Positions 10,255 through 21,700 of a DNA stretch of 64,000 nucleotides are shown piece after piece. Under the pieces are notes generated by a model. That model saw only the letters and a program-made list of their open reading frames with translations, searched no databases and was not told the DNA's origin. Within the stretch, counting starts at the first letter, position 1. Each line of letters opens with the position of its first letter. The DNA lies in assembly GCA_965222155.1 (NCBI GenBank), contig CBDCTH010000012.1, positions 2,688,001 through 2,752,000 of the forward strand, written 5' to 3'. A program made the position numbers and the translations under genes. The stretch comes from Gammaproteobacteria bacterium. Its GTDB lineage: Bacteria; Pseudomonadota; Gammaproteobacteria; Eutrophobiales; Eutrophobiaceae.

Positions 10255-10933
10255 TTATTTGAGGAATTTACTTTTATGATTCACCAGAAATATATCATCA
10301 GAAAACCATTGCGGTTTGAGATAGATGAAATTATTGACAGCCTTTTTTAACTCATATCCGCTGGCGGGAGTAGCGGCAAAAACCTTCTTGCCTGTCTCCC
10401 TGACTGCCTTAACTGCCGGGATAAAATCGCCATCAGCAGATATGAGATAAGCCACATCAAACACTCCTTTCATTGCTGTTGAGACCATATCAACTGCAAC
10501 ATTTACATCCACTCTTTTCTCTGTATAAGAAATCATATGTCTCCTGATGTGTGAGTTTTTTCAGCTTATTCAAAACAACTGAATGCTTTATTAAATGCCC
10601 GTGGGAAGACAGAAGTTCCCCTAGCTCTTTCTGGAGTTGATTATTTTCAGGTCGAACCCGTCTTTTTTCCACGCGACCCAAAATAACCTTTACACCCTGC
10701 TTTTTGATCGCGCTTATAAAAACTGCCTGACTCCTGGAAAGATTTAAATCTCCTGATATCCTGCCGATGTAATATCTTATTTCAACGACTTTGCGGTGTT
10801 CCTGGGAGAGTTTTCGAGCAAATTTACGATAGTCTATCGCGGAAATGTTAATTCTGATCTTCTTCGCGGCATGATACCAGTTATTTCCATCTATGAAGAA
10901 AACAGCCCTGTCTTGTCGATTGTCCATAATCAT
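10255..10933 (-). pseudogene. NYN (LabA/DUF88) domain nuclease split by a frameshift near 10500-10540
   Basis: VFFIDGNNWYH in the 5' ORF; EKRVDVNVAVDM and LISADGDFIPAV...GKKV in the 3' ORF; AT-rich. Confidence 0.85.
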
Positions 10934-10946
10934 CTGTAATGAAGTG

Positions 10947-11031
10947 CCCCCGGGGAGCCGTAAACGGCATAGTCCCGGGGGGGGTTAGATGCTACTGATA
11001 GAGAATACTAACTGATACATCATTCTGTCAA
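10947..11031 (-). promoter_or_regulatory. sigma70-like promoter and GC-rich 5' leader hairpin of the NYN gene
   Basis: TTGACA (11031-11026), 18-nt spacer, TATTCT (11007-11002); leader hairpin CCCCCGGGA-CTAT-GCCGT-TT-ACGGC-TCCCCGGGGG. Confidence 0.6.
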
Positions 11032-11118
11032 ACGTTATATTAGTGAGCCATTGCGGTACTGGAGCTACATGTGAACTTATCAATGCGTCATTCGAGGCGT
11101 ATATGGCGAAAATATGGG

Positions 11119-11673
11119 TCAAGGAAACAAGCCCCAGGTAACCAGATAATCGGGGCTGGTTGCAGGTCTGCTTATTTCCTGTGTGATTACCTGCTTTTTC
11201 GCCGGCGTCGCGGGACATAGCTCCGTATCAATCGCTGATGCCATTTCCCTGCTCCAGTTGTTTGTGAGATTAATTATCTGTGTACTTGCATCCTGTAACA
11301 GGAGAGAGTGTTCAACTTTGTCTCCCGGCAGGTAACGATGCTCGCCGAACATCAGCAGTTTGCCACCCTGCCCCCGCGCCAGTTCTCCCAATACGTAAGC
11401 GGCCGCGCCTTTAGTGCAACCGAGTATGGTCGTATCTGCGTCCCACGGGCCGGATAGTTCGCGGAAAGTTTCTGCCGGGTCCTGTTTCAGGACATGAATG
11501 GCGGACGCCCGGGACTTCAATGCATCCTTGAATGCGATGCTTTCCGTTATGCTGTTTTCAAAGACAACCTTGACCGGCGCCTGCGGCAAAATTTTCGCAA
11601 CGACTGGGGCAGGCAAAGCCGAACCGATAATGGACAGTGCGGCAGTCTGTAATATTCTTCTTCTTGTAACCAT
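11119..11673 (-). CDS. Tat-exported hypothetical protein, accessory gene of the flavocytochrome operon
   Basis: MVTRRRILQTAALSIIG twin-arginine signal; directly follows the cytochrome c gene. Confidence 0.65.
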   Translation of the reverse strand: MVTRRRILQTAALSIIGSALPAPVVAKILPQAPVKVVFENSITESIAFKDALKSRASAIHVLKQDPAETFRELSGPWDADTTILGCTKGAAAYVLGELARGQGGKLLMFGEHRYLPGDKVEHSLLLQDASTQIINLTNNWSREMASAIDTELCPATPAKKQVITQEISRPATSPDYLVTWGLFP

Positions 11674-11680
11674 GACTGAT

Positions 11681-11998
11681 TTACCGGCCCAGGAAATCCG
11701 CCAGGGCATTCATTTCCGCTTCGCTGATCTCAGTGATGCGGAATGAGGGCATTTCATCCAGACCGCGGCGCACTATTAACCTGATGTATTCCGGGTCCAG
11801 ATCGTCCCGTTCAGTCAGCAACGATTTCTCTTTGCCCTTGTCCCAAGTCAGGCGCAGGGTGCCCGGACCGCTGTTGTCTTCACCGTGACAATGGACACAC
11901 CACTGTTGGAATACCCTCTCTCCAGTTGTAACTTCCGCCGCCTGGAGTGGATGGTGCACCATGGTCAGGGTGATCATGATGGCTGTGAGCTGTTTCAT
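11681..11998 (-). CDS. cytochrome c subunit, PchC-like
   Basis: Signal peptide; GERVFQQWCVHCH; PGT..L; VRRGLDEMPSFRITEIS; ATGA overlap with the flavoprotein 3' end. Confidence 0.88.
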   Translation of the reverse strand: MKQLTAIMITLTMVHHPLQAAEVTTGERVFQQWCVHCHGEDNSGPGTLRLTWDKGKEKSLLTERDDLDPEYIRLIVRRGLDEMPSFRITEISEAEMNALADFLGR

Positions 11999-12601
11999 TG
12001 TTTCTCGCGCAGGTATTTCGGCCAGATCCCCTGCTTGCCAGGCGCCAGTATGCCGTTCGGGTCCAGCGCGTCCTTGAGCTTGTTGTTCAGGCGCGCCAGG
12101 GAGTTGTCGTTCCAGTTGTAGGTGGCGGCTATCTGGTCCATGAAGGCAATGTGCGTTCGGTATTCGCCGTAGCCGGCCTCAGCGGCTTCCCGGACCAGGA
12201 TTTCAAATAATTGATAGGCGCGCTGTTTCTTTTCCGGGTCATTCTTATCAAATACCAGGGTATAGATATGGTGCATCTCTCGCCAGCCGACGATGAACAC
12301 GCCCATGTAATCGAAACCGTGTTCGTGCGCCCGCTGCTTCACCATGTTGAATTGTTTGATGGCATCCGCACCGGTTGTCGGGGAAACCGGGGAGAAATCA
12401 ATATGGCCACCGCCGCCCACCCAGTTTACCAGGCCGAATTCGGTCAGGGTCGGGATCCCGGCCATGGTTTTGGCGCGCTGATGCAGGACGTCGTTTTTGT
12501 TTTTTCGATCTTCGGGAAAATAAAATTTTGCAGCGGTGATTGATGCAAAAGCATCCCGGATGATCTCCCAGTGAGCGTCCATGATTTTCGGCGGGCCGTA
12601 G
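11995..12601 (-). pseudogene. 3' part of a VAO/PCMH-family flavoprotein (5'-truncated)
   Basis: YGPPKIMDAHW...GYGEYRTHIAFMDQ...KLKDALDPNGILAPGKQGIWP; homology stops at ~12601 next to REP/MITE remnants. Confidence 0.9.
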
Positions 12602-12775
12602 AGGAGGAATATTGAAATCATGTTACTCTGACCCCAAATATCCACAGCAAACAAATAGCCGATGACGACAAGCGAACTGGTAAGAAATACGGGCTAACCC
12701 ACTCCCTGGCTGTCAGGACGCTTGTCCTATACTTATACTTGACCTCTGATGTACAGTTGACTAACATCACGCATC

Positions 12776-13012
12776 ATGCGTACTACCATCAACATTGCAA
12801 CGCCGATTCTCGAGGAACTGAAGAAGATCCAGAGTAAAGAGGGCGGTTCTCTGGGTGAGCTTGTTTCCAGGTTGCTGGCCGGGGCACTTAAGACACGCCC
12901 GTCGCGCGGAATTGATCCCGAGCTCGAATGGGTCAGCAAACCTATGCGTGTGCGCGTAGACCTTGTTGACAAGGAGGCCGTTTACGCGCTGCTTGATGAA
13001 GATTCCCTTTGA
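12776..13012 (+). CDS. vapB: VapB-like antitoxin
   Basis: MRTTINI RHH-type start; overlaps the PIN toxin gene. Confidence 0.8.
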   Translation: MRTTINIATPILEELKKIQSKEGGSLGELVSRLLAGALKTRPSRGIDPELEWVSKPMRVRVDLVDKEAVYALLDEDSL

Positions 13013-13443
13013 GCTACACGATAGACGTCAATATTCTGCTCTATGCCTCAGATCGGACCTCACCGTTCCATGCGGCAGCGGCTGACTTTCTGCGTAATCG
13101 TTCGAAGGACCCGGAGATCTTATGCCTGACGTGGCCGACCATCATGAGCTATGTCCGACTGGCGACTCATCCGAGGGTGTTCGATGACCCCATGAGTCCG
13201 CAGGAGGCAATCGACAATATTGCCCACTTGATGCAAATGTCGCGGTGCCGAGTCGTGGTGGAAAATGAGGATTTTCTGACCAGTTTCCGTGAAATCGTTG
13301 CAGGGGTTACTGTACGCGGCAATCTCGTGCCTGACGCGCACCTTGCCGCTATGATGCATATCCACGACATTCGTACCATTTATACACACGACCGGGATTT
13401 TCTGAAGTTCACTTTCTTGAAGGTCATTGACCCGGTCGCTTGA
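13009..13443 (+). CDS. vapC: VapC PIN-domain toxin
   Basis: [28 protein letters not shown]. Confidence 0.9.
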   Translation: MSYTIDVNILLYASDRTSPFHAAAADFLRNRSKDPEILCLTWPTIMSYVRLATHPRVFDDPMSPQEAIDNIAHLMQMSRCRVVVENEDFLTSFREIVAGVTVRGNLVPDAHLAAMMHIHDIRTIYTHDRDFLKFTFLKVIDPVA

Positions 13444-13453
13444 TTACCGCCAG

Positions 13454-15145
13454 ATGAATACAGGGCTCAGCTTTGTCAACGGCACCGGCAACAAACCGCT
13501 GATCTACCAGACCATCGGCAATGCCTTGCAATCTGCTGCGGAGACGTTTCCGCAGCGGGAGGCCCTGGTTGTGCGTCACCAGGATATTCGTTGGACCTAC
13601 ACGGAGTTGCTGCGGCGCGTGGATGATCTGGCGGCCGGGTTAATTGCCCTGGGGTTTGCTCCCGGTGACCGGATCGGAATCTGGGCGCCCAACTGCGCCG
13701 AATGGGTGCTCACCCAGTTTGCCACGGCCAGGGCCGGCCTTATCCTGGTGAACATCAATCCGGCATACCGCAGTCATGAACTCGAGTTTGCTTTGAACAA
13801 AGTTTCCTGTAAGGGGCTGGTAACCGCCTCCAGGTTCAAGAGCAGTGATTACTTTGCCATGCTGGCAGAGCTGGCGCCTGAGTTGAATTCAACCGGTCCG
13901 GGACGATTGTCTTCCAGCAGGTTGCCCCACCTGAAAACAGTCATCCGGCTGGGGGAGGAAGAAACACCCGGCTGTTATAACTTCAATGCACTACCCGCAA
14001 TGGGCGGCACTGCCGAAAAACAGAAGCTGAAGGAACTGTTCTCCCTGCTGCAACCTGACGACGCCATCAATATCCAGTTCACCAGTGGCACGACCGGGTC
14101 GCCCAAGGGCGCCACTCTGACCCATTTCAATATACTCAATAACGGCTATTTTGTAGGCCAAGCCATGAAGTTCACCGAATGGGACAGGCTGTGTATCCCG
14201 GTGCCGTTTTATCACTGTTTCGGCATGGTGATGGGCAACCTCAACTGTACCATTCACGGCGCCACCATGGTCATACCGAATGACGGTTTTGACCCTGCAC
14301 TGACCCTGGCAGCGGTAAGCGAGGAAAGGTGTACTGCCTTGTACGGTGTTCCTACCATGTTTATCGCCGAACTGGACCTGCCGGACTTTCCGGATTATGA
14401 CCTCTCCAGCCTGCGTACCGGTATTATGGCCGGGTCGTCCTGCCCCATCGAAGTCATGAAACGGGTCGTCGCCGAGATGAACATGAGCGAGATCACCATC
14501 GCTTACGGTATGACGGAGACCAGCCCGGTCAGTTTCCAAAGCAGCACCGACGATCCGCTGGAACGCCGGGTATCCACCGTAGGCCGTATTCACCCCCACG
14601 TGCAGGTGAAGATCATCGACCAGGCAGGACGCACGGTACCCATAGGTGAGAAAGGAGAACTGTGTACCCGGGGCTATAACGTCATGTCAGGTTACTGGGA
14701 TGACCCGGACAAGACCGGGGAAGCCGTTGACACAGTCGGCTGGATGCATACCGGCGACCTGGCCACCCTCGATGCGGAAGGTTATTGCAATATTGTCGGG
14801 CGCGTGAAAGACATGGTGATACGCGGAGGGGAGAATATCTACCCCCGCGAAGTCGAGGAATTCCTGTATGGCCACGACAAGATACAGGACGTATCCGTAT
14901 TCGGCGTTCCGGACGATAAGTACGGTGAGCAACTCTGCGCCTGGATAAAGCTGAAGCAGGGACAGGAGGCCGGCGAGGCAGAGATCAAGGCGTTCTGCAA
15001 AGATAAGATCGCCTACAACAAGGTGCCGTATTATGTCCGATTTGTCGAGGAGTTCCCCATGACGGTCACCGGCAAGGCACAGAAGTTCATCATGCGCGAC
15101 AGGATGATCGAGGAGTTGGGCCTGACGCTCCGGGAGACTGCATAA
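13454..15145 (+). CDS. AMP-binding acyl-CoA synthetase (ACSF2-like)
   Basis: [50 protein letters not shown]. Confidence 0.93.
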   Translation: MNTGLSFVNGTGNKPLIYQTIGNALQSAAETFPQREALVVRHQDIRWTYTELLRRVDDLAAGLIALGFAPGDRIGIWAPNCAEWVLTQFATARAGLILVNINPAYRSHELEFALNKVSCKGLVTASRFKSSDYFAMLAELAPELNSTGPGRLSSSRLPHLKTVIRLGEEETPGCYNFNALPAMGGTAEKQKLKELFSLLQPDDAINIQFTSGTTGSPKGATLTHFNILNNGYFVGQAMKFTEWDRLCIPVPFYHCFGMVMGNLNCTIHGATMVIPNDGFDPALTLAAVSEERCTALYGVPTMFIAELDLPDFPDYDLSSLRTGIMAGSSCPIEVMKRVVAEMNMSEITIAYGMTETSPVSFQSSTDDPLERRVSTVGRIHPHVQVKIIDQAGRTVPIGEKGELCTRGYNVMSGYWDDPDKTGEAVDTVGWMHTGDLATLDAEGYCNIVGRVKDMVIRGGENIYPREVEEFLYGHDKIQDVSVFGVPDDKYGEQLCAWIKLKQGQEAGEAEIKAFCKDKIAYNKVPYYVRFVEEFPMTVTGKAQKFIMRDRMIEELGLTLRETA

Positions 15146-15259
15146 TTGGCTTTAACCCGGTGCAACAATCCCACACTCAACAGTATTAAAATCGTATTGT
15201 CACGTTAGCGGGGACTGCTGTCTGTGCAGTGTCCAGGTGTTGTCGACGGATATAGGTTT

Positions 15260-15348
15260 GGATATTTGGGGTCAGCGTAAAAATACTCAACAACAAGCCA
15301 CTATCACTTGCCAAACTGACTGTATTTTTACGCTGACCCCAAATATCC
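15260..15348. repeat. perfect 27-bp inverted repeat (REP-like GGGGTCAG family)
   Basis: ggatatttggggtcagcgtaaaaatac / gtatttttacgctgaccccaaatatcc with a 35-nt loop; lone arm at 12623-12643. Confidence 0.8.
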
Positions 15349-15751
15349 TAATGTGTTCATCATCCAGCCATAACAGACTGCGCTTGATGCGTTCATTGCG
15401 CACATCCATGTACGCAACCCTGCGGGCGGCTGTTGCCGTGCAAATCGGCTATCCTGCCGATTTGTCTTGCTTGTCTTTTTGCTGCGCTCCATCCCCCTGC
15501 TCAACTCCATACAGAGCCTGCCCCTGCGGTTGTAAGCAGGGGGGCAGGCTCTGGAGCGCCCCCTTCGGGCAATCTTCGAGTGTCCAAATCCATTCCAGAT
15601 GGATTTGTTGCGCCAGCAGGCAGGTCGGTAATTCATAGTCCATAGGGGGTGAGTTGCGATTATGCCCGGGGCAGATTATCATTCCGTATCAACACAAGCA
15701 CCCCAGGGGGCGAACCCAGCTACCATTGAGCACTGAACCAGGAGGCAATCT

Positions 15752-18700
15752 ATGAAGATAATCCCTGACCCCGGTCCGACAGGCCCGGAACACGCACAAT
15801 CCTGTTGCTGCAGCAGCTGTTCGGCAGTGAACCTGGAACAGCGAGTATCCCAATCTCAAGGCTCTCAAGGCTTTCAAGGTTCTCAAGACTCTCAAAACGC
15901 CCCGGCCGCTGCGGAGAAGCTGCCCCAATGGGGCGTACTGGCCTCGGACTCCTATGATTGGATCGCCGACTATATCAATGTTTCGGACAGGTACTTTCCG
16001 ATTGAGCCCGGCGGCGAGATCACGGTGAACCTCACCGGTCTGACCGCTGCGGGCCAGCAACTCGCCCGGTGGGCCTTCGAGGCCTGGGAGTCGGTGGCGA
16101 ACCTGACCTTTCGGGAAGTGGAAAAGGACGCTAAAATCACCTTCGACGATGAGTCCCCGGGTGGCCGGGCGAACCTCGTTAAGGCGGGGGGCGGCGGGTT
16201 CCTCTCGGTCAAGGTAAATGTGGGGCAGACGATGCTCCGCTTGTATGGTGACGGTCTCGGCAGCGAGACGTTCAATACCTACCTCCACGAGATTGGCCAT
16301 GCGCTGGGCTTGGGCCATACCGGTTACTACGATGGCGATGCTACGTACGGGGTTGACAACCTGTATAAGGCTGACTCCTACCAGACGTCGGTCATGTCGT
16401 ACTTCGACCAAAACGGGAATACCGACATCGATGCAAGCTACGCCTATCCGGTCACGCCGATGATGGCCGACATCCTGGCGATTCAGAAGAAGTATGGCGT
16501 CCCCGAGACCAACCCCGGGGACACGGTGTACGGCTACCAGTCCAACGTCGGCGGCTACCTGGGGCAGGTCTTCGCGGCACTCACCGGGCAAGCGAGTAAG
16601 CTCGATCATCCGGTGACACTGACGCTGTTCGACAGCGGCGGGAAAGACCAGCTGGACCTGCGCACGGACGAGGCGGACCAGCGGGTGGACCTGCGTCCGG
16701 AGGGCGTCTCGGACGTGTACGGGATGAAGGGCAACTGGCTGATAGCGCGGGGCACGGTGATTGAGAACCTGGTGGCCGGTCAGGGCGATGACCAGGTGAT
16801 TGCGAATGCGGCGGTGAACGAGTTGGACGGTGGCCCGGGCAGTGACACGGTATCCTATGTGGGCTCGGATGCCGGGGTGCGGGTGGACCTGGAGGCGGGG
16901 ACAGGTGCCGGCGGTCATGCTCAGGGCGACACGCTCAGAAACTTTGAGCACGTGGTGGGCTCGGCACACGCTGATGAGTTGCGCGGTGACGGCAGCGCCA
17001 ACCGGTTGTCGGGTGGCGCCGGGGACGATGCGTTGTACGGCAACGCGGGCGCGGACACGCTGGACGGGGGCGCGGGTAACGACCGGCTGTACGGTCACGA
17101 GGGCGCGGACCGGTTGCGCGGAGGGCGCGGCGCGGACACCCTGGACGGAGGCGCCGGGGCGGACACGCTGGAGGGCGGCAGTGGGGAGAACAGTGCGGCC
17201 TACCGGGGCTCGGACATCGGGGTGGAGGTGAACCTGGACAGCGGGGTGGTGTCAGGCGGTCATGCTGCGGGCGACACGCTCATCAGCATCAAGCACCTTA
17301 TCGGCTCGGCCTATGCCGACACGCTGACGGGGGATGCGGACGCCAACCAGCTGGGCGGCGGCGGCGGCAACGACCGGCTGGCCGGCGGCGGCGGCAACGA
17401 TGTGTTGGCTGGCGGGGCCGGGGATGACATGCTGGCCGGCGGGGCCGGCAACGATGTGCTGGCGGGTGGGGCCGGCGCCGATACGCTGGGCGGCGGGGCC
17501 GGAGCGGACACGGCATCCTACGCTGACTCCGATGCGAGAGTGCAGGTGAACTTGCGTAGCGGGGCGGTGTCGGGGGGTGATGCCGAGGGCGACACGCTCA
17601 CCGGCATCGAGCACCTCATCGGTTCGGCACATGACGACAAGCTGACCGGGGATACCGGCGCCAACCAGCTGGCGGGCGGGGCCGGGGACGATGAGTTGTA
17701 CGGCAAAGCGGGCGCTGACACGCTGGACGGGGGCGAGGGTAACGACCGGCTGTACGGTCACGCGGGTGACGACGTGCTGGTGGGCGGGGCTGGCGCCGAC
17801 ACGCTGGGCGGCGGGGCCGGGGCCGACACGGCGTCTTACAGCGGCTCTGCGGTGGGGGTGCAGATTGACCTGGAAGCGGGCACGTTCCAGGGAGGCGATG
17901 CAGTGGGCGACCGCCTCAACTCGATTGAGCGGCTTGAAGGCTCGCGCCATGCCGACCACCTGGCCGGCAGTGCGGCGGGGGATTGGTTGGCCGGCGCGGA
18001 CGGGGACGACCGGTTGGTGGGGCGGTTGGGCCATGACCGGCTGGCCGGCGATGCGGGCGATGACCAGTTGGAGGGTGGCGACGGTGATGACCGGCTGGTC
18101 GGTGGCGACGGCGATGACCAGTTGGAGGGTGGCGACGGTGATGACCGGCTGGCTGGCGATGTGGGCGATGACGTGCTGGAGGGCGGCGCCGGCGCGGACC
18201 GGCTCAAGGGCGGCGCCGGGTATGATACTGCCTCGTATGCGGGCTCCCCGGTCGGGGTACGGATTGACCTGGCGGCACAGACATTCCAGGGGGGCGATGC
18301 CGCCGGGGATGCGCTCACTGATATTGAGCGGATTGTCGGCTCGGGGCAGGGCGATGTGCTGCGGGGGAGTGACGAGACAGACCACCTGGTCGGGGCCGGT
18401 GGGGATGATGAGCTGGCCGGGCGGGCGGGGGACGATACGCTGGCGGGCGGTGCCGGCGCGGACGTACTGGACGGCGGCGCCGGGGGCGACACCGTCTCGT
18501 ATGCCGACTCGGGTGCTGGGGTGCAGGTGAACCTGGACACCGGCGCGCGCTCAGGGGGCGATGCGGCGGGCGACAGGCTCAGCAGCATCGAGAGTATCAT
18601 CGGCTCGGCGCATAACGACGGTTTGACGGGCGATGGCAAGGCCAATCGGCTGGCAGGCGGCACGGGGGACGACACGCTGCGCGGCGGCGCCGGGGACGAT

Positions 18701-21700
18701 GTGCTGGAAGGGGGCGCCGGCGCGGACGTGCTGGACGGTGAAGGCGGTACCGATACGCTGTCCTATGCCGGCTCTGCGTCAGGGGTAGTGGTCATTCTGG
18801 GTAACGGTACGGTGTCGGGGGGTGATGCTCAGGGTGACACGTTTGCCAACGTTGAGAATGTGGTCGGCTCTGCGCGGACTGATTCGCTGTACGGGGACGA
18901 CAGCGCCAACCGGCTGGACGGGGGCGCCGGTGATGACAGGATGGCGGGTTGGTATGGTGCTGACGAGCTGTATGGTGAGGAGGGCGCTGACCGCCTGTAC
19001 GGCAACGCGGGTAACGACGTACTGGACGGCGGGGTTGGTAATGACTTCCTGAGCGGCGGCCCCGGGGCGGACACCCTGAGCGGGGGCGGGGGCGCCGACA
19101 GCCTGGATGGGGATACCGGGGCGGACACCTTCCGATACAGTGCCGCGGCGGACTCGACCGTAACCAACCCGGACCGCATCCTGGACTTCTCAGGGAACGG
19201 CGGGGACGGCGATAAGCTGGACCTGTCCGGCCTGGGCAACGACCTGACGTTTATTGGCACAACGGCCTTCTCCAACAGTGCGGGCGAGGTGCGCTATGTG
19301 CAGCGCGGGACGGACACGGGCAACACCGGCGATGATTACACCGACGTACTGGTTGATGTGGACGGGGACGGCACGGCGAATGTCAAAGTGACTCTGGTCG
19401 GATTACACAGCCTGACACTGGATGACCTGCCGGGCGTACAGGCGCCGCCGGCCCCGGTGGTCAAGCCCCGGGACCTCGACGGCACGCCGGGGGATGATAC
19501 GTTGGTGGGCGATGACCAGGCCAACGTCCTGCGCGGCCTGGCCGGCAACGACACCCTTGAAGGCAAGGCCGGGGCCGACACCCTGGACGGGGGCAGCGGG
19601 GCGGACACCGCGGCCTACACCGACTCGGACGCCGCGGTGCAGGTGGACTTGGACGTCGGGACGGCCACGGGCGGTCATGCCCAGGGCGACACCCTGACAG
19701 GTATTGAGCACCTGCGCGGCTCGGCGCACGCGGATGTGCTACGCGGGGACAACAGTGCCAACCGCCTGTGGGGCGGCGCCGGGGCGGACAAGCTGGTGGG
19801 GCTGTCAGGTAATGACCGCTTGTATGGCGAGGCGGGCGCTGACCGCCTGTATGGCAGCTGGGGAGACGACGTACTGGCCGGTGGCGCCGGCGCAGACGTG
19901 CTGGACGGTGAAGGCGGTACCGACACGCTGTCCTATGCCGGCTCTGCGTCAGGGGTAACGGTCAACCTGGCTACCGGTGCGGTATCGGGCGGGGATGCCC
20001 AGGGTGACACGATTGCCAGTATTGAGAACGTGGTCGGCTCCACGCAGGCCGATGTGCTGGTCGGGGACGGCAGTGCCAACCGGCTGGACGGCGGTGCCGG
20101 GGATGATACCTTACGCGGGGCCGGCGGCGCCGACACCCTGACAGGCGGGGCCGGGGCGGACACCGCGTCCTACACCGACTCCAATGCGGCGGTGCAGGTG
20201 GACCTGGGGAGCGGCACGGCGAGCGGCGGCCATGCCCAGGGTGACACGCTCACCGGCATCGAGCACCTCAGCGGCTCGGCCCATAACGATACACTGCGCG
20301 GCGCGGCCGGCGCCAACACACTGCGCGGGCACGGCGGTGACGACGGGCTGGCGGGCCAGGCCGGCGCGGACCGCCTGGAGGGGGGCGCCGGGGATGACAC
20401 GCTGGACGGCGGCGCGGGATCAGACACCCTGGCCGGGGGGAGCGGGGATGACACCGCGTCCTACACCGACTCCACTGCGGCGGTGCAGGTGGACCTGGAC
20501 ACGGGCACTGCCACAGGCGGCCATGCCCAGGGTGACACGCTCACCGGCATCGAGCACCTCAGCGGCTCGGCCCATAACGATACACTGCGCGGCGCGCCCG
20601 GCGCCAACACGCTGCGCGGGCACGGCGGTGACGACGGGCTGGCGGGCCAGGCCGGCGCGGACCGCCTGGAGGGGGGTCCCGGCGCGGACACGCTGGACGG
20701 CGGCGCCGGGTCAGACACCCTGGACGGGGGCAGCGGGGCGGACACCTTCCACTACAAGGCGGCGGCGGACTCGACCGTAACCAACCCGGACCGCATCCTG
20801 GACTTCTCAGGGAGTAGCGGCGACGGCGACCAACTGGACTTATCCGACTTGGGCAACGACCTGACGTTTATTGGCACAACGGCCTTCTCCAACAGTGCGG
20901 GCGAGGTGCGCTATGTGCAGCGCGGGACGGACACGGGCAACACCGGCGATGATTACACCGACGTACTGGTGGACCTGAACGGCAACGGTACAGCGAATGT
21001 CAAAGTGACCCTGGTCGGATTACACAGCCTGACACTGGATGACCTGCCGGGCGTACAGGCGCCACCGGCCCCGGTGGTCAAGCCCCGGGACCTCGACGGC
21101 ACGCCGGGGGATGATACGTTGGTGGGCGATGCCCGGGACAACGTCCTGCGCGGCCTGGCCGGGGACGACGTCCTGGACGGCAGGGCCGGGGCCGACACCC
21201 TGGACGGGGGGAGCGGGGCGGACACGGCGGCCTACACCGACTCGGACGCCGCGGTGCAGGTGGACTTGGACGTCGGGACGGCCACGGGCGGTCATGCCCA
21301 GGGCGACACCCTGACGAGTATTGAGAACCTGCGCGGCTCGGCGCACGCGGATGTGCTACGCGGGGACAACAGTGCCAACCGCCTGTGGGGCGGCGCCGGG
21401 GCGGACAAGCTGGTGGGGCTGTCAGGTAATGACCGCTTGTATGGCGAGGCGGGCGCTGACCGCCTGTACGGCAGCTGGGGGGACGACGTACTGGCCGGCG
21501 GCGCCGGCGCGGACCACCTGGACGGTGAAGGCGGTACCGACACGCTGTCCTATGCCGGCTCGGCGTCAGGGGTGGCGGTCAACCTGGCCAGCGGTACGGT
21601 ATCGGGGGGGGATGCCCAGGGTGACACGATTGCCAGCGTTGAGAACGTGCTCGGCTCGGCGCAGGACGATGTGCTGGTCGGGAACGGCAGTGCCAACCGG

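Noticed and set aside
12602-12654. MFAVDIWGQS... as the real start of a 219-aa flavoprotein
   Set aside because: Derived from a REP arm; the product would lack the FAD-binding domain.
15237-15682. Short ORFs upstream of RTX1
   Set aside because: They run through REP-like hairpins and show no recognisable protein motif.
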